Origin: Candidatus Woesebacteria bacterium
Lineage (GTDB): Bacteria; Patescibacteriota; Microgenomatia; UBA8517; UBA10165
DNA: 49,243 nucleotides
Reading direction: 5' to 3'
Assembly (NCBI GenBank): GCA_002686465.1
Contig: NZCP01000057.1
Span: forward strand, 1 to 49,243
Position numbers and translations under genes: made by a program
Notes under the pieces: generated by a model
The model's input: the letters and a program-made list of their open reading frames with translations, nothing else
Databases searched by the model: none
Told to the model about the DNA's origin: nothing
Shown: positions 16,008-22,865 of the stretch, piece by piece
How the letters are laid out: each line of letters begins with the position of its first letter
How positions within the stretch are numbered: the first letter of the stretch is position 1

Positions 16008-16193
16008 TTAAGACTCCAACTTCGCGTAAACCCCAAATGCTGCTAGAACCGCTGCGACAATTAACCATTGGGTTGAAGCAAGCCAAATATCGGTTCCTAG
16101 AAACCCAAGACCGCCGAGGATTACAGCGATAACACTACCAGAAATCAAAATCTGAGAATAAAGCCCCCAGTCTGACTTCTTAAAAATTGCCAA
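16008..16193 (-). CDS. Small two-TM membrane protein (61 aa)
   Basis: A TTG start is preceded by the SD GGGGGTGAG. The protein is hydrophobic. Confidence 0.35.
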   Translation of the reverse strand: MAIFKKSDWGLYSQILISGSVIAVILGGLGFLGTDIWLASTQWLIVAAVLAAFGVYAKLES

Positions 16194-16547
16194 ATTGTCT
16201 CACCCCCTACTACACTTCCAGTGTAGCATATTTTGAAGTTATTCTTTGTAGTCCTGAATCGACAACTTTTTCCCTTTTCTCTTTACCTCTACTCTTTGCC
16301 CCTTCTGCCACCTCAGTTTGCGAACCATGTCTTTCGGGAGAGAGACGGTATATGTATACGTTCCGGTGATAACAAGTCTTCGTATAGCCATGCTATATAA
16401 ACAAAGTTTGTACAGCACCTTTGGTGCTATATAGTTATTATATAAGATCTGTAGATCTTGTACAAGCTTCGCTTATATAAGAACTATATAATACACGTCA
16501 AGACCGAGATTGACAAACACAGCATGCTTCTCTTAATCTAAAATACA

Positions 16548-16664
16548 GTGAACATAAAGAAAATCCTCATCTGGAGCTTAGTAGTCTTTGGAGTTTTGGT
16601 CTTGATCTTGCTAATTGCGGGGTATCTCTTCTTTGTATCTCTCGACAAGTCAGGATTTACCTAA
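16548..16664 (+). CDS. Possible 38-aa single-TM peptide (GTG start)
   Basis: Manual translation gives NIKKILIWSLVVFGVLVLILLIAGYLFFVSLDKSGFT. It is below the ORF-track cutoff and has no homology evidence. Confidence 0.2.
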   Translation: MNIKKILIWSLVVFGVLVLILLIAGYLFFVSLDKSGFT

Positions 16665-16669
16665 GTTTA

Positions 16670-17194
16670 ATGCTTACTCCTCTCCAAGGTTTTATTGTTC
16701 TTCTTAAAATTATCGTCCCTTCTCTAATGCTTTGGTTCCCCTTCCCTGCTGTTTGGGCCAACTACGTCTTAGACGTTCTAGATGGGGACATACTTCTGGA
16801 ACTTGGGATGGAGGAAAGTCTATACCAAACAATAGACAAGGTCGCCGACTACTTCTCCTACATTATCATGTTGATTGTCGGCCTCAGATGGCGTATCAAA
16901 CTAATAGTTGTCGTACTCTTCATCTACAGAACGATCGGCCAGGCTCTGTATTTTCTCACCAACAACGAACTGATGTTCTTTTACTTCCAAAATTTCCTTG
17001 AGCCGCTCATGATGATCTATGCACTCCTAGTATTCAAGCGCGGTTCAGATCTAGAAGCATTCAAAACTTACAAAAAGCATATTATTCTTATTTGGATAAT
17101 CATCCTAGCTTACAAGATTTGGAATGAGTGGTATTTGCACTTCGCCAACATAGATCTTTCTACCTTCTTCTTTGGGGTTACAGGAGGAGGATAA
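16670..17194 (+). CDS. Hypothetical polytopic membrane protein
   Basis: 174 aa. DVLDGDILLELG...DKVAD weakly recalls the CDP-alcohol phosphatidyltransferase motif but is incomplete. Confidence 0.45.
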   Translation: MLTPLQGFIVLLKIIVPSLMLWFPFPAVWANYVLDVLDGDILLELGMEESLYQTIDKVADYFSYIIMLIVGLRWRIKLIVVVLFIYRTIGQALYFLTNNELMFFYFQNFLEPLMMIYALLVFKRGSDLEAFKTYKKHIILIWIIILAYKIWNEWYLHFANIDLSTFFFGVTGGG

Positions 17195-17243
17195 ACATCT
17201 ACCCATCGATCGTATAGATCATGATGTGTGAAAATCCTGGCGA

Positions 17244-17933
17244 CTAGCGGCTTAAAACCCGCTTTTGGTTCCCGGGGAGGCGTTTTTTATGGCGTCTGCT
17301 TTCTTTAGTTTTCCTAAAACCTTTGCTTTCTCCATTTGTAAAAACTTCGCTTTGATTGCTAGACGCGAGACAAATCGTCAAAATGTGGTTTAAGGACAAA
17401 TGGACATCTTCAACAACACCGTAGCTGCTGCTTTTAACGATAATGCTGTAGTCGGCAAATTCCTTGGCAATACCACCGGTATGAAATCCTAGGAAACCTA
17501 TGGTTGTTGCACCATTTTGCTTTGCATACATTAAAGCCTTTATCACGTTCGGCGTATTCCCCGAACCAGAAATGCCAATAACAACATCTCCTTCCTTCAT
17601 TAAATTATGTAGTTGTTGGACAAATATCTCGTCATAAGAAAGGTCATTCGCAAAAGCAGTCATAGTCGCAACATTATCCGTAAGAGATATCACTCTCAGC
17701 CTGTCCTCCGCCGGATTGTAGACATTTTTTAGGGTACCTTTTCCCAAATCGCAAGCTATGTGAGAGGCCGTAGAAGCAGAACCACCATTACCCATTATAA
17801 AAATTGTTCTTTTGTCTTTGCGTGCTTGAGCGAGAACCTCTGTAATTTTCTGAAGATCCTTAAGTTCGATTTTATCGAGGGCATTCTTAAGTTCTGAGAA
17901 GTAATCCTTAGCAATTTTCCTGACTGCGCTCAC
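17244..17933 (-). CDS. SIS-domain sugar-phosphate isomerase (GmhA-like)
   Basis: 229 aa, with IFIMGNGGSASTASHIACDL and GISGSGNTPNV, plus a basic C-terminal tail. Confidence 0.7.
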   Translation of the reverse strand: MSAVRKIAKDYFSELKNALDKIELKDLQKITEVLAQARKDKRTIFIMGNGGSASTASHIACDLGKGTLKNVYNPAEDRLRVISLTDNVATMTAFANDLSYDEIFVQQLHNLMKEGDVVIGISGSGNTPNVIKALMYAKQNGATTIGFLGFHTGGIAKEFADYSIIVKSSSYGVVEDVHLSLNHILTICLASSNQSEVFTNGESKGFRKTKESRRHKKRLPGNQKRVLSR

Positions 17934-18077
17934 ACGGAGATCATACCTAAAATGATACAGTTAAGTCAAACTGTAATGCATAGTTTCACACCTGTGGTGA
18001 TATCGTCAAGCGCTGCCCAATCCAGGGCAAGAAGTGCCAATACAAAGCCAATTAATAGAAGTTTACGCACTGTCTAA

Positions 18078-18086
18078 ATTATACCA
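18078..18086 (-). promoter_or_regulatory. Extended -10 promoter, TGGTATAAT (minus strand)
   Basis: It lies 7 nt upstream of a GTG that opens a 34-codon hydrophobic ORF (17966-18070), and about 145 nt upstream of the SIS gene. Confidence 0.35.
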
Positions 18087-18112
18087 AGGTGGGACCACCG
18101 CTTTACTTGCCT

Positions 18113-18214
18113 TGATATGACATCCTCCCCGCTCTGAAGAGCGGGGTTCCCTTTAAAGGAGGCTGACATATCAGCGTTCAATTCATCTCCCGACTTTCAG
18201 TCGGGAGTTTTCTT
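18113..18214 (+). other. Structured element: an imperfect 16-nt inverted repeat enclosing a GC hairpin, then a terminator-like hairpin with a T-run
   Basis: tgatatgacatcctcc pairs with ggaggctgacatatca. The inner hairpin is ccccgctc-tgaa-gagcgggg. The terminator-like part is ctcccgac-tttca-gtcgggag followed by ttttctt. Confidence 0.35.
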
Positions 18215-18220
18215 GAATGC

Positions 18221-18229
18221 TGCTATAAT
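18221..18229 (+). promoter_or_regulatory. Extended -10 promoter, TGCTATAAT
   Basis: It ends 7 nt before the ATG at 18237, so a leaderless transcript is predicted. Confidence 0.4.
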
Positions 18230-18236
18230 CAACGGC

Positions 18237-18878
18237 ATGCATGAGATAGATAGCGCCCCTGATGAACAACGAGAAATATTCTTGCGTTGTGGAAGACCAT
18301 TTTACTTTGATCCAGAAAAACTAGTTTTTCTTGTTGGGGAGAAAGGATCACAAGACATTGTTAAACCAACTGATGTAGAAAGAATTTATGACTTTGATTG
18401 CTGGCCCCCAAAGGCGAAAGAAAATGTAAGTCTGGATATACCGGAGGCTTTGATGATAGCAGCATCCTATACGGATCTTGTAGCAACGCATTCCATGCGA
18501 AAATGGTTGGTAGGCCTTGATGCGGATAGAAAAGATGCTGTTCTCCGTAAAGTTGAGGGCGTTATACAGACAGTACATAAAATAGTTGATCCTCTAGTTG
18601 AGATTCCTACTGGCAGAGGAGGTCACATTGTAATTTCTGCCACCTTTGATCAATACGGCATACTTCGGTTGCAAACTTTTGGGGATTGTGCATGTCTAGG
18701 TAGAAACCCAGATCCATACACCTTCCACGGACCTGAGCACCCGAGACTGGACGACCTCGAAGTACCGATTCAATACGCAGGGCATAATATCGATACACCA
18801 GCACAAGGGTTGAGTCTATACGCAGGAGCAGGAACTCTAGGTTGGATCGCACGCACTGAGCAAGGACTTCGACGGTGA
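18237..18878 (+). CDS. Hypothetical cytoplasmic protein (213 aa from the ATG at 18237; the track ORF begins at a TTG at 18213)
   Basis: A long ORF with no TM segments. No family was recognised. Confidence 0.5.
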   Translation: MHEIDSAPDEQREIFLRCGRPFYFDPEKLVFLVGEKGSQDIVKPTDVERIYDFDCWPPKAKENVSLDIPEALMIAASYTDLVATHSMRKWLVGLDADRKDAVLRKVEGVIQTVHKIVDPLVEIPTGRGGHIVISATFDQYGILRLQTFGDCACLGRNPDPYTFHGPEHPRLDDLEVPIQYAGHNIDTPAQGLSLYAGAGTLGWIARTEQGLRR

Positions 18879-18946
18879 GTCTTTCGACCCTGAGCTCAAG
18901 ACCGAAGGGCTCAGCCGAATGTCCGAAGAACGCCTTATAGAAACCT

Positions 18947-20158
18947 TTAGTCAACAAAAGTCAGTGCAACACCCTTCTTCCCTACTCTTCCTGTTCGACC
19001 TATCCTATGTATATAGTCTTCATATGATCCTGGCACATCGTAGTTAACGACATGAGTAATATCCTCTATATCAATCCCTCTAGAAGCTACATCCGTAGCC
19101 AGTAAAATCTGAACCTCATTATTTTTTAGCATATTCAAAGCCCGCAACCTCTGGCCCTGGCTCTTGTTACCATGAATTGCTGCGGCTTTAAAACCTCTCT
19201 GGGTTAGACTGACCTCAAGTTTACTAACCCCCCATTTGGTTCGGCCAAAAACCAAAACCTTCTTAAATTCCTCCTTGATCAATAGCTGGTGAAGAATCTC
19301 AAGTTTGTTTTTACCTTGAGTTCGAACTATGTCTTGATCAACATTTTGAGGAGTCGGGCCGGTTGTTACCGATACTGTAACTGGATCAGTTAAAAAGCTT
19401 TGCATTACCACCTTGGTTTCCTCTGGTATAGTTGCTGAGAAAAACAAAGATTGGCGATTCTCTGGTAAAAACGAAACAATATGTCGGATATCGTGGATAA
19501 ACCCCATGTCTAACATACGATCAACCTCATCTAGTACTACGTTTCCATAGTGACCTAAGTTCAAAATGCGTCGGCTTTCTAGATCTTTGATTCTTCCCGG
19601 AGTTCCGATCACAAAATTTGGCCGACGTGATAACTGGCGTGCCTGAACATTCAGCGAGGCACCGCCGATACATAATGTTGAAAAAATCCCCATACCAAAA
19701 CTAAATAGTTTAAACTCGTCCTGAATCTGTACAGCCAGCTCACGGGTGGGTGCTATAATCAAAACCTTTTGATTTCGATCTTTTGAGACTTTTGTAATCA
19801 AAGGCAGCAAAAAAGCCGCTGTCTTCCCAGTTCCTGTGTTGGCAATACCAACCAAGTCCCTTCCTTCCAGAATAGGAAGTATTGCCTGATTTTGAATTGG
19901 AGTCAGTTTGTCAAAACCCCGCGCAAACACGTTCTTTTTTACGGTTTCATTAAGGGGTAAATCCGAAAAACTGCCAACTGGCACATATGGCGTTTCAATG
20001 ACATCGTCAGCCTTCTTGACAAACATCATCGGGTTCAAAGAAGCACCCTGATTTCGATATCTATTTTGACCAAATGACCTATTTGATCGATACCGGTTAA
20101 ATGATCTATTGTTCTGCCCGCGAAAACCGCGAGAACGACCACGCTGAAAATTTCTCAT
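18947..20158 (-). CDS. DEAD-box ATP-dependent RNA helicase
   Basis: The start is taken at M24 (MRNFQRGRSRGFRG...). Motifs seen are Q-motif PTPIQ-like TPIQNQ, ANTGTGKT, PTRELA, DEVD (motif II), SAT and HRIGRTGR. Confidence 0.85.
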   Translation of the reverse strand: MRNFQRGRSRGFRGQNNRSFNRYRSNRSFGQNRYRNQGASLNPMMFVKKADDVIETPYVPVGSFSDLPLNETVKKNVFARGFDKLTPIQNQAILPILEGRDLVGIANTGTGKTAAFLLPLITKVSKDRNQKVLIIAPTRELAVQIQDEFKLFSFGMGIFSTLCIGGASLNVQARQLSRRPNFVIGTPGRIKDLESRRILNLGHYGNVVLDEVDRMLDMGFIHDIRHIVSFLPENRQSLFFSATIPEETKVVMQSFLTDPVTVSVTTGPTPQNVDQDIVRTQGKNKLEILHQLLIKEEFKKVLVFGRTKWGVSKLEVSLTQRGFKAAAIHGNKSQGQRLRALNMLKNNEVQILLATDVASRGIDIEDITHVVNYDVPGSYEDYIHRIGRTGRVGKKGVALTFVD

Positions 20159-20404
20159 CTTTAATATATGAATGGCTTTTAAAAGGAGACGATTTAACGA
20201 AGGGACAAATATGAAGACCCAAATCAAAGAAACCGACTCAAATCAGAAAGATTAACTTGCTGATCAATATTTAAAGCTAACGGGAAGAATTGTACCATAT
20301 CTGGTTGCGATCAGCAATTTATGGGGTAGTTTGCTTGTGGTGAGCAGACAAGGCGTGTTGGAATGCTCGCCAAGTGGGACGGTTTTGACAACTTTGGAGT
20401 TGTT

Positions 20405-21214
20405 TTATCTATTTATTCCTATAAACGGACTTGCTTCTCCCCAATATGTTGGGACTTTCCCGTCCCATTTTTCTATCCAGCGGAGCTCTACCACTTGAGG
20501 ATTTTGCCTTAAAGCCTGGGCTTCAATACTAATGGCCTCTGCTTTTCCTCTTGCATCGGCCACCTTTTGCTCAGCTTCAATTACTATTCTCTCTAAATCC
20601 CGGTCTGCCTTAAGTTTCAACTGTTCTGCCGTAACCTTGGCCTCAATTGCCTCATTGAATGCTTTGGAAAATTCAAAATCTATAATATTAAATTCATCAA
20701 CTATAATGGAACGTGCTAACAATCTAACAGCAAGGTTTGCTTTGATTTGTTCTTTTACTTCTTCTCTCTTCGTAATCAATTCCTCTGCTGTAAACTTTGC
20801 CGATTCTGCCTTGACCGCCTCTTGAATGGAAGGGGCAATGATACGAGTATTGTAGTCTTTTCCCACCTCTTGCCAAACTTTATTCACTGAATCGGGAGCA
20901 AGGTGATAGTTTAAGGCAATTTTTGAAGTGACTATTTGTAAGTCTCTGGAAGCGGCGCTAGCCGGAATTTCATCTTTTTGAATTCTTACATCCATTTTTA
21001 CCACGCTCTGCATAAAAGGCATTTTGAAATAAAGTCCCTCTCCAAAAACTTTATCTTGGACTGCTCCGAATTGAAGCAATATTCCTCTTTGTCCTGCCCC
21101 CACTGTCCCAATAGTATTAAAGATGAGGATAAGAGCAAATAGTCCAATACCTACCTGAGAAGTGATTTTCTTTATTACCTTTTTATCTCCTAGTTTTTCG
21201 CTGATTTCATCCAT
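20405..21214 (-). CDS. SPFH/band-7 (prohibitin-like) membrane protein
   Basis: The start is taken at MDEISEKLG. One TM segment is followed by an SPFH core (GQRGILLQFG...YFKMPF) and a coiled-coil tail. Confidence 0.8.
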   Translation of the reverse strand: MDEISEKLGDKKVIKKITSQVGIGLFALILIFNTIGTVGAGQRGILLQFGAVQDKVFGEGLYFKMPFMQSVVKMDVRIQKDEIPASAASRDLQIVTSKIALNYHLAPDSVNKVWQEVGKDYNTRIIAPSIQEAVKAESAKFTAEELITKREEVKEQIKANLAVRLLARSIIVDEFNIIDFEFSKAFNEAIEAKVTAEQLKLKADRDLERIVIEAEQKVADARGKAEAISIEAQALRQNPQVVELRWIEKWDGKVPTYWGEASPFIGINR

Positions 21215-21462
21215 AATTATTCTTTTAAATTTTACAATTGCATTGTACACATAAAATACCTTCTCGTCTATAGGCTGCTTCCCACCTGGAAGGGTTCGGC
21301 TGTGATAGGCTCAACCAAACGGTGTGACAGGTTTGTACATCGAAACTGATTTGGCTCGCCAGATGCCATGGCCCTGAGTACTTCGATTGCACTCAGTATT
21401 ATAATTTACCGAAGGGGGACGATTTAGAACTTCCACAACCGAAGGGTGCTAAGCTATGCTTA

Positions 21463-21867
21463 TCATTCCGTCTTAAGCCATAATGGCCTCTTGTCTTTTG
21501 GGCTCCCAAAGTTGTAGTTAACTGTTATCTCCTCATCTTTTTTAATGTCCTTTAGGGCAACAAAGTCAATTGATTGCTCTCTCTGTTGTATTTTATACGT
21601 TGCGTTTGACTCATAAGAGTGGTTGTATATTGACCCAAAACCTAATGCAACTGCCAGTCGTTCCTTGTTTCTACCGAAGTAAAAGAAATAGGTCACAAGA
21701 ATACTCTCTCTTAAATTTGAAACATCAAATTTTGGGGCTTCGATAAGTGGGCATTTTTCGATCATCATACCCTTTTTAATATCAACTCGTGCAAAGACGC
21801 CTCGCCCTGCGTTGGGGATTTTTGACTGTGAGATATATATCTTGTCTGAAGCTCGAAGTTTTTTCAT
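21463..21867 (-). CDS. SET-domain protein (putative lysine methyltransferase)
   Basis: 134 aa, with NAGRGVFA, GSIYNHSYESN and EEITVNY. Confidence 0.7.
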   Translation of the reverse strand: MKKLRASDKIYISQSKIPNAGRGVFARVDIKKGMMIEKCPLIEAPKFDVSNLRESILVTYFFYFGRNKERLAVALGFGSIYNHSYESNATYKIQQREQSIDFVALKDIKKDEEITVNYNFGSPKDKRPLWLKTE

Positions 21868-21912
21868 GAAGCGATTATATCAAAATGGTATAATAGACAC
21901 GCTTATTTACGT

Positions 21913-21984
21913 TCCCCGGTAGCTCAGTGGTAGAGCAGAAAGCTGTTAACTTTAAGGTCGTAGGTTCGAATCCTACCCGGGGAG
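21913..21984 (+). tRNA. tRNA-Asn (anticodon GTT)
   Basis: Hand-folded cloverleaf: acceptor TCCCCGG/CCGGGGA, D-arm GCTC/GAGC, anticodon loop CTGTTAA, T-arm GTAGG-TTCGAAT-CCTAC. No CCA is encoded. Confidence 0.85.
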
Positions 21985-21987
21985 CCG

Positions 21988-22575
21988 ATGGAAAATAGAG
22001 AAATTGTTTTAGAGTCGCCCGAAAATTTGGAACCTGGACAAAACTTTTTTGACCAGCCCCCGTTCGAGTTGGCTGTCAAGAAAGCCACAGAGCAAACGGG
22101 GATAGATGCTATAAAACTAAAAGGTTTTCTCTGGTATTTTGCAACGCAGTTTGGAGAATCTCCACAACCTCGACCACCAGCAACATTTAGACTTCTAAAG
22201 TCATTGCCCTCGAATGTAACGATTCCCGATAGAGAAAAATATGGAACAGCGACCGAAATTATGATTGCAGCATTAGACCCATACCCCCATTGGGCCGAGT
22301 ACGCTGTGACCCAATTCGATCATGGTAACTACAAAAGTTCTGGCGAACCATCGCGTGCCCAACAAAAAAGGAAAAAGCTTGTCTTGCCTGAAACCTATGC
22401 GAAGTGGGTTACACACAAAACCCGCGCAGAACACAGAGCGGTTTTGCTAGGTATAGAGGATGTCTTCCCGGGACAATTAGGAAGAGAGCCAGAGCTAGTC
22501 CCCCAGACAGGGAAAAACCGACAAGCCAGAAGGTGGCGAATCTTGAAAGCATCAGAACTTACCAAGAGGAGATAA
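21988..22575 (+). CDS. Hypothetical protein (195 aa) with a basic C-terminus
   Basis: The ATG lies 3 nt after the tRNA-Asn discriminator base. No family was recognised. Confidence 0.5.
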   Translation: MENREIVLESPENLEPGQNFFDQPPFELAVKKATEQTGIDAIKLKGFLWYFATQFGESPQPRPPATFRLLKSLPSNVTIPDREKYGTATEIMIAALDPYPHWAEYAVTQFDHGNYKSSGEPSRAQQKRKKLVLPETYAKWVTHKTRAEHRAVLLGIEDVFPGQLGREPELVPQTGKNRQARRWRILKASELTKRR

Positions 22576-22620
22576 CCCTACCCTTCAGCCTCAAATTTTA
22601 ATACCGGAAATTGAAAATTC

Positions 22621-22629
22621 TGATATAAT
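22621..22629 (+). promoter_or_regulatory. Extended -10 promoter, TGATATAAT
   Basis: It ends 6 nt before the ATG at 22636. Confidence 0.4.
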
Positions 22630-22635
22630 CCAACC

Positions 22636-22803
22636 ATGAAGTGTCCAAAGTGCAAGAAAGAAATGCTGTTAAAAAAGAAGGACGTTAGCCACAACTTTAA
22701 AACAGGTAAAGAATACTCTAGAAGTATTTACTGGTGCAAAAGTGACGACATTTGGGCTAATCTGGAAATACCTACGGATTCAAGCTCCGCCACATCCAGC
22801 TAG
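22636..22803 (+). CDS. Small 55-aa protein starting with a CPKC motif
   Basis: Manual translation gives MKCPKCKKEMLLKKKDVSHNFKTGKEYSRSIYWCKSDDIWANLEIPTDSSSATSS. It is supported only by the leaderless-type promoter. Confidence 0.3.
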   Translation: MKCPKCKKEMLLKKKDVSHNFKTGKEYSRSIYWCKSDDIWANLEIPTDSSSATSS

Positions 22804-22837
22804 AACAAGACTTAAATTAATACCTACCGCTGGCCTC

Positions 22838-22846
22838 TGATATAAT
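22838..22846 (+). promoter_or_regulatory. Extended -10 promoter, TGATATAAT (same ctgatataatcc word as at 22620)
   Basis: It lies 19 nt upstream of the ATG at 22866. Confidence 0.3.
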
Positions 22847-22865
22847 CCTATATAAGAATTAAGAT

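Noticed and set aside
16187-16369. The 60-aa plus-strand ORF in the gap upstream of the 61-aa membrane gene.
   Set aside because: Its translation comes from a polypyrimidine tract (SLFSLPLLFAPSATS). It has no start signals and overlaps the likely 5' region of the divergent gene.
16370-16520. The AT-rich repeat-dense region considered as a replication origin.
   Set aside because: No DnaA-box-like 9-mers (TTATCCACA or close variants) were seen, and dnaA and dnaN are not nearby. I interpreted it as a divergent promoter/operator region instead.
16670-17194. The membrane protein considered as a CDP-alcohol phosphatidyltransferase, on the basis of DVLDGDILLELG...DKVAD.
   Set aside because: Only the D-x2-D-G and D-x3-D parts of the motif are present. 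The A-R and G-x3 positions are missing and the helix pattern is not clearly that of the family. I left it as hypothetical.
17266-17280. A 9-nt match (cccggggag) to the tRNA-Asn 3' acceptor end, considered as a possible att-site duplicate marking an integrated element.
   Set aside because: The match is short and partly palindromic. It lies upstream, on the wrong side for integration at the 3' end of the tRNA, and it is inside the coding tail of the SIS gene. No integrase is present.
21251-21462. The roughly 210-nt gap upstream of the SPFH gene considered as an SRP RNA, a 6S RNA or a riboswitch.
   Set aside because: The minus strand contains GGGAAGCAGCC, reminiscent of SRP helix 8. However, the flanking sequence does not form the GNRA-capped helix or the symmetric and asymmetric loops. 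Only short local hairpins (ctgagt...actcag) and a repeated accgaaggg word were found. It is more simply a promoter (TTATAAT on the minus strand) plus a 5' UTR.
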